Below are positions 45,862-54,771 of a DNA stretch of 64,000 nucleotides, piece by piece. The stretch is taken from assembly GCA_918797485.1 (NCBI GenBank), contig CAKKNE010000006.1, forward strand, positions 3,596,001 to 3,660,000. Reading direction: 5' to 3'. Position 1 is the stretch's first letter. The number at the start of each line of letters is the position of its first letter. The notes under the pieces are model-generated. The model did no database searches. It had not been told where the DNA came from and worked only from the letters and a program-made list of their open reading frames with translations. The DNA comes from Pelagomonas calceolata. Taxonomy: Eukaryota. The position numbers and the translations under genes are program-made.

Positions 45862-46277
45862 GGCTCAGAGCGCTTCGCGGTCAGGCGGCGCGCAGGGAAG
45901 GTCGCTCTCCTAGCAGCAACCAGGTGTGAGGGCTCACGGCGGCGCGTTTCACACAACCACACGCAGCCGCTGCGACCTATAATCGCTAAGGCAGGCGCGC
46001 AGCGCTCAGCTCTTATCGCGCTGGGGCCGCACGACGCCACGCTCCTCAGCAAAGCCTTGGCTTTGCCTCACGCCCATCTCTCAGCGCCTCGCGCTACGCG
46101 TCTTTTGTACCCTCCAGGACGGCTCTGACGCACCGAATCAGCGGCCGAAGCCGTTTCTGCGGATTTAGGCTTTTTCGTGCGGGTTCCTCACTCGAACGAG
46201 TACGCAGCGCCACGCCCTCGCCGCGACCCACCCCAGCCCCGAAGAAGGAGAAGCCTAGTATGTATACCCGACTACTA

Positions 46278-47096
46278 CTAGAAGCGCCAACGATGTCCGC
46301 AGTCCGCGCACTCGAAGAACTGCGTCATGGGCTCGTCGCCGGACCGCGTCTGCTTCTCGTAGTTCGACACCTTCGTCGACTTGCACTTACCGCAGGGGTA
46401 CATCGTTTTGCTATTATCAATCCCGATCGACTTGTCCATGCGATCCCTATTCTTTCGTTCCCAGTCTAGCGATCTAGCGTCGTGCTGATATTCGGCCATT
46501 TTTCTTCGTTCTTCTTGCTTGTCTTTCGTGGCTAATTGATCAGCATCCAATTCGAGTAGTTTTTCGGGCGTTAACTTGCGAGAATTGACGTCGCTTCGCA
46601 ATTCCGAGTTTTTCTTCAGGTTGAACGACAATTGTCGTAATTTCGCGACGTAGTCTCTCTTTTGATCGGGAACTGCGAGGTTGGGCCACTTCCTATGCAA
46701 AGCTAGTTCTACGGCCTCCGCGGCGGGGTACGAGTCGGCATCGGACGCATCTTCACCTAGCGTCGCCTGGAGCTTCTTTCGGGCCGCTTGCCTTGTTGCG
46801 TCTCCTAAATCCTCGACGGCGAACGAATGTGTTTTTGGGGGTGGTGCCGGTGCCTTCGTCTGAGGCACGCCCGCAGCGGCGGCCAAACCCTTCCACTGCT
46901 TTATGAGTAACTTGGCCTCGGTAGCAACGCTCTCATTCTCGTGCTTCCTCAACTTAGAAACGACGGCGCCGCACTTGAGCTCGTGCAAAATTGGGACAGT
47001 GACCGGTGCTTTGGCCAATGCTCGCAGGACGTCGGCGATCTGTTCTGGTTGGTCGGCTTTCGTGAGGGTTTTCACGAGGCCGCGGACCTCCTCCAT
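46278..47096 (-). CDS. TFIIS: Transcription elongation factor TFIIS
   Basis: N-terminal LW domain; zinc ribbon CGKC...QTRSGDEPMT...CADCGHRWRF. Confidence 0.95.
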   Translation of the reverse strand: MEEVRGLVKTLTKADQPEQIADVLRALAKAPVTVPILHELKCGAVVSKLRKHENESVATEAKLLIKQWKGLAAAAGVPQTKAPAPPPKTHSFAVEDLGDATRQAARKKLQATLGEDASDADSYPAAEAVELALHRKWPNLAVPDQKRDYVAKLRQLSFNLKKNSELRSDVNSRKLTPEKLLELDADQLATKDKQEERRKMAEYQHDARSLDWERKNRDRMDKSIGIDNSKTMYPCGKCKSTKVSNYEKQTRSGDEPMTQFFECADCGHRWRF

Positions 47097-47107
47097 CGCT
47101 CCGTAGC

Positions 47108-47218
47108 TGTCGCGTCGATGGCGTGAATTTGGGCTGTCTCTGGGCTCGAGCTGAGATGCTGCACACCGCGACGGCGCGAGTCCTTTCTTGTCGCGTCGAT
47201 GGCGTGAATTTGGGCTGT
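47108..47218. repeat. 30-bp perfect direct repeat upstream of TFIIS
   Basis: tgtcgcgtcgatggcgtgaatttgggctgt at 47108-47137 and 47189-47218. Confidence 0.9.
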
Positions 47219-47548
47219 GGGAGCCTCAGAGGCTGTAAACGCTCCTTTCCGGCTACGCCGCGAGTCCGCAGGCGTGCGCGGGGTGAAGCAGCGGTTCTCT
47301 GGACTGCCCGGTGAGTGCGAGCCGGTCTTTTAGCCGCCAGAGAGACGAGCTGGCAAAGCGGCGGGCTAGCGTAGTCCCCCACTAGGACAAGCTCTGGTTT
47401 TTAAGCAGTCGACAGTTTTGCACGTGGTGGGTTATAGCTTGTTCACTGTTGCTGCATATTCACTGCTTATTTTAGCGTTACAACGCATCGGCATCCGCTG
47501 CACTGTTAGAGTTCAACGCGCCACCTGCGACTCGAGTAGTCAGCAGCA

Positions 47549-49483
47549 ATGCGCCAACTCCTGCACCTCGTGGTGGGCAGCTGCCTCGCCGCCGGCCTGG
47601 CGCTGCCGCGGCTGCCACGCGTGCCGCGGCGCCGGCGCGCGGTCAACAGAAATAGTGCTGCGCTGCGCGGCGGCGCCGAGCCGGCGCCGGCCGTCAAGCC
47701 CTTCAGCGCGGAGCTGAAGCCGCAGCGCGCGTCGGCCAAAGACGTCTTCGCGACGGCCGCGCGGCACGCGTGGCCAAAGGGAGACTGGCCGCAGCACGCG
47801 CTCGTGGTCGCGGCGGTGGCGTTTCTCGTGGGGCAGAAATTGTTGAATGTGCGCGTGCCGTTTCTGCTGAGCCGCGTCGTCGACGCGCTGCAGGCGTCCG
47901 AAGCCGACAAGGCGTCACAAGCGGCCGCGGCGTACGTGCTGGGACGCGTGCTCACGTCGGCCTGCGGCGAGCTGCGGAGTTTGTGCTTCGCGCGCGTGTC
48001 GTTCGGCAGCGGGCGGCGCTTCGCGCGGTCGACGTTCGCGTCCTTGCACGCGCTGCCGTCGTCGTGGCACGCGAAGCGGGCCACGGGCGACGTCGCCGTC
48101 GCCTTTAGTAGAGGCGACCGGGGCTTCCGTTCTCTACTAGGCTTGGCGGCGTTCACGGTCGGGCCGACGTTCCTGGAGCTAGCATTAACTGCGTCTGCTT
48201 TAAAGAGGCGCTTCGGCACGTCGCGATATTCACTCATAGCGCTCGCGACCTTCTGCGCTTATGCTCTATGGACCGCCGTGTTAGTAGATGTGCGACTGGC
48301 GCGACGACGACGGTTGGCAGCGCTCGACCGCATGCGCGGCGCCGCCTTAGTTGATTCTTTGAGCAACCACGAGGCCGTCAAGACCTCCGGCGCCACAAAC
48401 GAGGAAGTCGCGAGGTTCGATTCTATTTTGAGAGAGACGCAGCGCGTCTCGTTAGGGTCCCAAGCGCTTGGATCGCTGCTGAACACTGGGCAAGTTCTTA
48501 TTTTCTCGTCTGGTTTACTGGCTTCGCTGAAACTCGCGCTCCGGAGTCACTTCAAAGACCCGTCATTCAGTGTCGGCGACGTCGTCGCCGTGAACGCGTT
48601 GTTGCTGCAACTGGCCCAGCCCATGAACTACCTCGGCTACACAGTCTCGGAGATCCGCCAGGGTTTGGTGGACGTCGACGCCGTCGTCCAGGCGTCGAAG
48701 GCGGCCTCTGCCGAAGCTGCCTCAAATGTGGATGATCTAACAGTGGAGAAGCCGCCCGCCATATCATTTGAATCAGTCTCTGCGCGGCGCGACGGCGAAA
48801 TTCCAGCTCTAGATAATGCTTCCTTCGAGGCCCCGGCCGGTCGAGTGACGGTGCTCTGCGGCGCGTCTGGTTCCGGCAAGTCGACGGCTCTCCGGTTGCT
48901 GAGCGGCTTGGATAGCGTCACGGAAGGTTTGGTGAAGATGGACGGCGCGCGCGCGCCGGCGCGGCCCGATGCTACGAGGTGCACCGTCGTGGCCCAAGAC
49001 GGCACTTTATTTGATGAGACCGTCGCATTTAATGTCAGAGTCGGCTCGTCAGCTTCCGACTCTGAAGTAGCGGCAGCTTTAGCAAGGGTGGGTCTCGACT
49101 TGAGTTTAGAGGCCCGCGTCGGCGAGCGCGGCGCGCGCTTGTCCGGCGGCGAGCGGCAGCGCGTCCTGGCCGCTAGGGCGCTGGTGCGACCACCAGCCCC
49201 CGTCCTGCTCCTCGACGAGGCGACGTCGGCGCTCGACGCCGGCACTGAAAGACGGGTCTTGGACGCGCTCCTCGCGCCGAAAAATGGCATGAAGCCCACG
49301 ACGTTAATCGTGGCGCATCGATTAAGAGCCGTCGCGCCGGCGGCGGACCGCGTCGTCGTCTTTGACAATGGGTCTGTGGTGGCAACGGGGACGCACGACG
49401 AGCTGCTGGCGTCTTCCTCCGTATACGGGGAGCTGTGGCGGGCGAAGGAGTCGCTGAAGGCTGACGCGACGTCTGTGGTGTAA
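47549..49483 (+). CDS. ABCB half-transporter, ATM1/ABCB7-like, with signal peptide
   Basis: KLLNVRVPF, DSLSNHEAVK, GASGSGKST, LSGGERQR, LLLDEATSALD, IVAHRL. Confidence 0.88.
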   Translation: MRQLLHLVVGSCLAAGLALPRLPRVPRRRRAVNRNSAALRGGAEPAPAVKPFSAELKPQRASAKDVFATAARHAWPKGDWPQHALVVAAVAFLVGQKLLNVRVPFLLSRVVDALQASEADKASQAAAAYVLGRVLTSACGELRSLCFARVSFGSGRRFARSTFASLHALPSSWHAKRATGDVAVAFSRGDRGFRSLLGLAAFTVGPTFLELALTASALKRRFGTSRYSLIALATFCAYALWTAVLVDVRLARRRRLAALDRMRGAALVDSLSNHEAVKTSGATNEEVARFDSILRETQRVSLGSQALGSLLNTGQVLIFSSGLLASLKLALRSHFKDPSFSVGDVVAVNALLLQLAQPMNYLGYTVSEIRQGLVDVDAVVQASKAASAEAASNVDDLTVEKPPAISFESVSARRDGEIPALDNASFEAPAGRVTVLCGASGSGKSTALRLLSGLDSVTEGLVKMDGARAPARPDATRCTVVAQDGTLFDETVAFNVRVGSSASDSEVAAALARVGLDLSLEARVGERGARLSGGERQRVLAARALVRPPAPVLLLDEATSALDAGTERRVLDALLAPKNGMKPTTLIVAHRLRAVAPAADRVVVFDNGSVVATGTHDELLASSSVYGELWRAKESLKADATSVV

Positions 49484-49751
49484 GTTTCGATATCGGGATT
49501 CTTCTCTTTCGATGGTTCTATTACTGAGCAACGTGCGGGTTTTGGCCCGGTCGGCCCAAAAAACCGGCTTCTCTCTCTCTCGGTCCTCGAGGCCATCCCG
49601 AGAGCCCTCCGAGCCCGAGGACGCGTGCGGCTCCGTGAGGCTGAAGGTTGCACAGGCACTGCGTAGGACGGCGAGTTGAGCTCTGCGTAACGCGCTAATA
49701 GCAAGACCAGGCTAATAGACCGTCGCTACGTGCAGCAGAGATACTGCAACG

Positions 49752-50099
49752 ATGATGCGGTCACTGGTTTTCGCCGCCGCTGCTCTCTCGGCGACAGCCT
49801 TCGCACCTGCAAGGCCGAGCACTGCCCTCGCGCCCGTCGCGACGCGCGAAGCCGTCGTGTTGATGGCCGTGCCGAAGAGCCGAACGTCCAAGAAGAAGAC
49901 TCGGCAGCGCAAGGCGAACTGGTTCGCGAAGGCGAACATCCAGCGGGAGCGCGCCTTGACGTTGGGACGGTCCGTGCTCTCGGAGGGCGAGGGCTCCTTC
50001 ATCTACAATCCAGACGAGGAGGATGATGACGACGACGACGAGTACGAGGATGACGACGAGGAGGAAGAGGACGACGATGAGGAGGACGACGAGGAGTAA
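49752..50099 (+). CDS. rpl32: Nuclear-encoded plastid 50S ribosomal protein L32 with acidic tail
   Basis: Leader ending ATA-FAP; MAVPKSRTSKKKTRQRKANW...ALTLGRSV. Confidence 0.88.
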   Translation: MMRSLVFAAAALSATAFAPARPSTALAPVATREAVVLMAVPKSRTSKKKTRQRKANWFAKANIQRERALTLGRSVLSEGEGSFIYNPDEEDDDDDDEYEDDDEEEEDDDEEDDEE

Positions 50100-50141
50100 G
50101 CAGCGAGCCGCTTCGTTCGTGTGTAATACTATTCAATAATA

Positions 50142-50681
50142 TTACAAGGGTGGGGCGTCGGGAAACGTGTCGGGAGGCGGTCCCGCGCCGATCGACTCGC
50201 GAAACCGCAGCGCGGCGCCGTTGATGCAGTAGCGTTTTCCACTCTTCATGATGGGTCCGTCATCAAACCGGTGGCCGAGGTGCCCGTCGCACTTCGCGCA
50301 CTTGCACTCGGTGCCGAACATGAAGCTCATGAAATTGCCCTTTTCGAGTTTGACGTTGTCGTCGACGGGGTCCCAGAACGAGGGCCAGCCCGTGCCCGAG
50401 TCGTACTTCGTGTCCGTGCGGAAGAGGACACTATCACATCCCTTGCGCGCGCAGACGAAGTCACCGCTCTGCTTGATGTCGTTTAAAGGTGAGGAGAACG
50501 CCGGCTCCGTGCCGCCGTTGAGCACATACCCTGCCAAACGACTACGCGGCGAGAGGTACGGGTCGTCGTCCTCCTCCTCCGCAGCGTGCCGCGCGCTGGT
50601 TCGCCGTCGCTGCGTCGTCGGCGGCACCAGCGCGGCTGCTGAGAGCATGAGGCCTAGGAGGGCTGTGGTGAGTCGCGCCAT
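50142..50681 (-). CDS. msrB: Methionine-R-sulfoxide reductase B (Cys form)
   Basis: GTEPAFS, KYDSGTGWPSFW, CAKCDGHLGHRFDDGP, RYCINGAAL. Confidence 0.93.
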   Translation of the reverse strand: MARLTTALLGLMLSAAALVPPTTQRRRTSARHAAEEEDDDPYLSPRSRLAGYVLNGGTEPAFSSPLNDIKQSGDFVCARKGCDSVLFRTDTKYDSGTGWPSFWDPVDDNVKLEKGNFMSFMFGTECKCAKCDGHLGHRFDDGPIMKSGKRYCINGAALRFRESIGAGPPPDTFPDAPPL

Positions 50682-51021
50682 GGGTCGATCCTCTGTATCG
50701 AGGCGCTGTCTCCTCGATCTATGATCGATTATGCGCCTTTTCTGGCAGCAATAATGCCCAACAGAGCAGCTATGTGGCACCAAACTAGCTCGGCTGCGAG
50801 CTAGCTAGCGCCAGTAAGACACTAGCAAGAACTAATTTTTGTACCTAGAAGCCAAACCAAAGCGAGAAGTCGCGGTATCGCAAGCGAACCAACTGGCGAC
50901 CGCCCGTCCTCCTGGGTTCTCTCATCGCCTGGCGCTCATCAGATCATTCTCTCGCGCGGCCGGCGCGCCATCTGGAGTCCGTCCGGATTCAGGGAGAGGA
51001 CTCACAGGAGACAATCTACCA

Positions 51022-51429
51022 ATGAACCATTCGCACATGTTCTACGACGGCAAAGTGTTAGGCATGACCGACGACGGCCTGATGGCGTACTCCTCCATCG
51101 TTTTTGGTCTATATGCGGCCTACCAGTGGCGCCGGGAAGCGCAAATCGCAAGTTTGATCGCATACGCGGCCGTGATCTCGTACGCCGAACACATTTTGAG
51201 GTACGAGCTGCTGACCTGGCTCGACCGCGCCGCCGCCGTGTCCCTCGCAATAGTCCTCGTCCGCAGAATAGGCTTCATCCCGCGCCGGTGCCACCTCGCC
51301 GTAGCACTACTCCTCTGGGCGACGTGCGACATCCTCTACGGCAATTTGACACGCCCGCTCTACGTGAGCCTCCACTCGCTCTGGCACGTATGTATATGGA
51401 CCTACGTCGCCGACCTCCCCCAAGACTAG
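51022..51429 (+). CDS. Small multi-pass membrane protein with CREST-like SxxxH, D and HxxxH motifs
   Basis: ISYAEH, WLDR, LHSLWHV within hydrophobic helices. Confidence 0.55.
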   Translation: MNHSHMFYDGKVLGMTDDGLMAYSSIVFGLYAAYQWRREAQIASLIAYAAVISYAEHILRYELLTWLDRAAAVSLAIVLVRRIGFIPRRCHLAVALLLWATCDILYGNLTRPLYVSLHSLWHVCIWTYVADLPQD

Positions 51430-51433
51430 TAAT

Positions 51434-53429
51434 TTATTTATACCCCGCCTCGGCCACCATCCGCTCCCGTCTCCCTCGAAACTTGTCCAGTTCCCGCAAC
51501 GCCGACTGTTTCTGCTTGAACACGCCCCTTTCGACCAACAACAGTTCGGACATTTTGGCGGACCGCGCCTTGTCGGGATGGGGAATGCCCCCATAATCAT
51601 TAACATGGTACAGGCTCATGCCGAACTTGTTCTTGTACCTCAATGAGACTTGTAAGAGATACCCTCTAGTAGCGACCTCTTGGGAAGGCATCAGCGCCGT
51701 TTTCAGGCAGGGTCTACTCCTTTTCACGAGTTCATCATCATATGATAGTAGTCTTTCAGGCTCCCACAGCGCGACGTTGACTATTTGTTGGTCCGTGGCC
51801 GGCGTGATGCCTCGCACCGACGGCACGTTCGGTCCCCTAAACACGCCTCCCCTCATACCCTTTGCGGCCGCTGTTGCCAAACCAACAGCTTCGAAGAGGT
51901 GCCGTACTGACTCACAAACTCGTAACACAATAAACCCCATGTTGCGGTGCAAACTATGATCATCTTCCCGCTGGAAGACCGCGTCACAGTTCGGTCCACA
52001 CCGCTCCAGCGCATCATCGACCAAATCTGCAATTTGTGCTGATGCGTTGCCAAAGAACCGCACATCAATCTCCGTTATAATAGCATATGTATTATCAGGT
52101 TGGGAGTCCATGGCCTCCTTGATGAGGGCGATCTTCGACCCGAAGCGCTGGGCCATCGTTTTTTGGGGCCCATCTAGCGTGCTTTCGCGCGGGACGACTC
52201 GTTTCGAATTGGTCAGTAAACTACCAAGAAACAGGTCGGCCATCTCCCTTGAACCAGGGTCGCTATGGGCCGAGTAGTAGACGGGGTACTCGCGCTGTAC
52301 TCTCCGGGCGCCGGCGGCGTTCCTCAAGTATAGAGCAAAGTCGTCGGCGCCTGCGTAGGAATTGTCACGTCGATGGCGTGGCGGTGCGGGTCTCTCGCCG
52401 CTCGGACGCGACGCCTGCTCGACGGCGTGGCGGTTGATTTCCACACCGGTCGGCGCCGAAGGCCTTCCTCAGAGTTTGTTCATCAAAGGCCTTGCCGATG
52501 ATAGAAGCGCCGCGAACACATCCTGTTAGTAATTGACCAATAGGTACCCTGGCAGGAGCGTCGTGCAAGGCCAAAGCGCCCGCGCCACCGTCGAAACCGT
52601 CTCCTTCCACACCTTGTACAAGGGCCTCCCGTCGACCATCGACCCACACTTCTAGTGTGGATGTTGTATCCGATAAAACCCGTCGGATAGCGGCAATGTC
52701 GTGCCATTTCTCATCAAATAGCTTTGAACGACCAGACGCCGTCGCTTCCCCCACGGCTCGCACCGTGTTCTGGGGCACGCCCCGCTTCTCACTTCCATAG
52801 ACCCTCAAACCGGCGCCGAAGTGGACCGAGCCATCTTCAGCGAGGGATATGCCCCAGTCGGCCCTCGCCCCTGCTCTTCGCGCCGCGGAAAGCTTGCGCT
52901 CAGCGTCGCGCATCTCGGGCGTGATGGGCCTGACCGAAGCCGCGGCCCGCAACTGCGCGAACCGCGCTTCGCTCACGAACTTTCGTCGTTCCTTCATCGC
53001 GCCCGTCGACCAGGCCGGCCCCGGGGCGGTCGCGGCGACGGCGTTTAATAAAGAACAGCCGCGCGCGTACCAGGGGGCCGTACTATTGTAGCCGTAAGCC
53101 CCAGGGACGGCCTTCCGGCAGCCGCTCGCTTTGATGGAGGCGAAGGCCGTGAACGAAGATAGTGACGCGCCGCTCCCGTCCGCGAAAATGCGGGCGTGGC
53201 CCTCGGCCGCGTAGCAGTCCGTCGTCGGCGGACGCGGGAAGTAGGGCCTGAGCTCCTGCGTCGTGTCGGCGGGCCGGCCGGTGAGCGCCTGGGCTGCTGT
53301 TGCCAGCCACAGCATCAGATGCATGGGCTGCCCCGGCTGCATCCGCATCGATGCTGTATCTATGCGGCCACCATCGATGGCTGACGAATCAGTTCCGTGC
53401 TGCCCTTGGGCGTTCGCAGCAGCGCTCAA
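51434..53429 (-). CDS. LamG/ConA-like domain + nucleotide-diphospho-sugar transferase; complement join(51434..52350,52457..53429); start uncertain (downstream ATGs precede the signal-like segment)
   Basis: LFDEKWHDIAAIR...LEVWVDG; KIALIKEAM...EIDVRFF, NMGFIVLR, DQQIVN; GC-AG intron restores KAFGADDF. Confidence 0.7.
52351..52456 (-). mobile_element. Introner family A, 106 nt, GC-AG
   Basis: Perfect TSD gcgccgac; cggtgtggaaatcaa...attcctacgcag. Confidence 0.9.
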
Positions 53430-53802
53430 TTAATGCGAAGCCCGGCCGGCAGCCGCCTCGACAGCGTGCGGGGTGGGGTGCCCGGATTCCCCTCAAGTTC
53501 GAAGAGAAGTAGCTTTAGGACTCGTCCCGCGCACCACGCACAGCTATTCCATCTATAACAACCAAACGACTCTCGAGGCAATGCGATGATGCAGATGCCA
53601 TTGGCGCACTATTATAGAGCGCACGAGCAGCCATTGCTCTAACTCACACGCTCATATAGCATCTAACGAGGCGGCATTACTCCACACACGTTGCAAGTAA
53701 CCACTGCGCCCGTTTCACTAGCACAGCAGTCCTGCACAGCACAGTGCATCAGCTGCAAATCGTAAACCGCGGCGCAAATATTGCATCAAATCGCGGTAAA
53801 CG

Positions 53803-54747
53803 ATGCTGCGCATCACCGCAACACTGGCGCTGGCGCGTGCATTTGCTGCAAATGGACCGCGTAAGCTGCGCGCGATCGCATTAGACCTCGACGGCACGTT
53901 GTGCAACAGCGCCGGCGTCGTGACGGACGCGACCGCGGCAGCGCTCGCGGCGTTCGATGGCACCATCATCATCGCCACGGGACGCGGCAAATCGCACGCT
54001 GCTGGTATCGCGAGCGACTTACGCAAACGCGGCGCCATCGTGGACGCGCTGGTCTGTTCCGACGGAGCCGTCGCCTACGCCGGCGACGCGTTCGACGAGC
54101 TAGTATTTGAGCGCGTCGCTGTTGGCTCTGTTGTCGCCGAGTCGCTTCGAGTAATCGCCGACGCCGTGCCGGGCGTGTCGTTCGGCGCGGAGATCAACGC
54201 CGCCGACGGAATTGCGGTCTCCAGCCAGACATACCTCGACACGATCGAACGCTGCAATCCCTATTTTTTCGAGAAAATGCTCAGCGGCAAGAAACCGGTC
54301 GACGACTTCTTCGCCACGGTCGCGGCCGCGGAGAGAGTGAACTGGGTCCGGTGCATCGGGGTCGGGGAGGACGACGGCTCCGGTAACTTACTGGCGGCGG
54401 TGCGCGCCGTCACGCCGGCGGGCCTCCGCTGCGAGCCGTCGACAATTCAATTACCGGGCGGGCCCGAGTCCGTCATCGTGAAACCGGACACGAGCAAAGC
54501 CGTGGGCATCGAGGCCGTCGTCGCGAGCCGAGGCATCGGGCCGGAGGAGGTCTGTGCGTTTGGCGATGCCGAGAACGACCACGACATGCTCTCCTGGGCC
54601 GGCTTTGGTGTAGTACCGTCAAATGCGCGGGACGGGGCGAAAGAGAGAGCTACATTCGTCTCCAGCCTCAGCAATGACGAGGATTTTATCAAAGACGCGC
54701 TCCAACGACCCCTCGCGGAACTTAGGAGAGAGTATACAACACCATAG
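53803..54747 (+). CDS. Cof-type HAD (IIB) phosphatase
   Basis: ALDLDGTL, IATGR, SKAVGI, AFGDAENDHDML. Confidence 0.9.
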   Translation: MLRITATLALARAFAANGPRKLRAIALDLDGTLCNSAGVVTDATAAALAAFDGTIIIATGRGKSHAAGIASDLRKRGAIVDALVCSDGAVAYAGDAFDELVFERVAVGSVVAESLRVIADAVPGVSFGAEINAADGIAVSSQTYLDTIERCNPYFFEKMLSGKKPVDDFFATVAAAERVNWVRCIGVGEDDGSGNLLAAVRAVTPAGLRCEPSTIQLPGGPESVIVKPDTSKAVGIEAVVASRGIGPEEVCAFGDAENDHDMLSWAGFGVVPSNARDGAKERATFVSSLSNDEDFIKDALQRPLAELRREYTTP

Positions 54748-54771
54748 GTTAGTCTGCGAATTGTTGCCCGC

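Noticed and set aside
47108..47218. CRISPR array
   Set aside because: Only two repeats, no cas genes, eukaryotic context, and the repeat contains the introner core motif
50012..50096. GAC/GAG trinucleotide-like repeat
   Set aside because: It is the coding acidic tail of rpl32
36907..50681. Selenoprotein forms of MsrA/MsrB
   Set aside because: Catalytic positions are Cys codons (GCFW, RYCIN)
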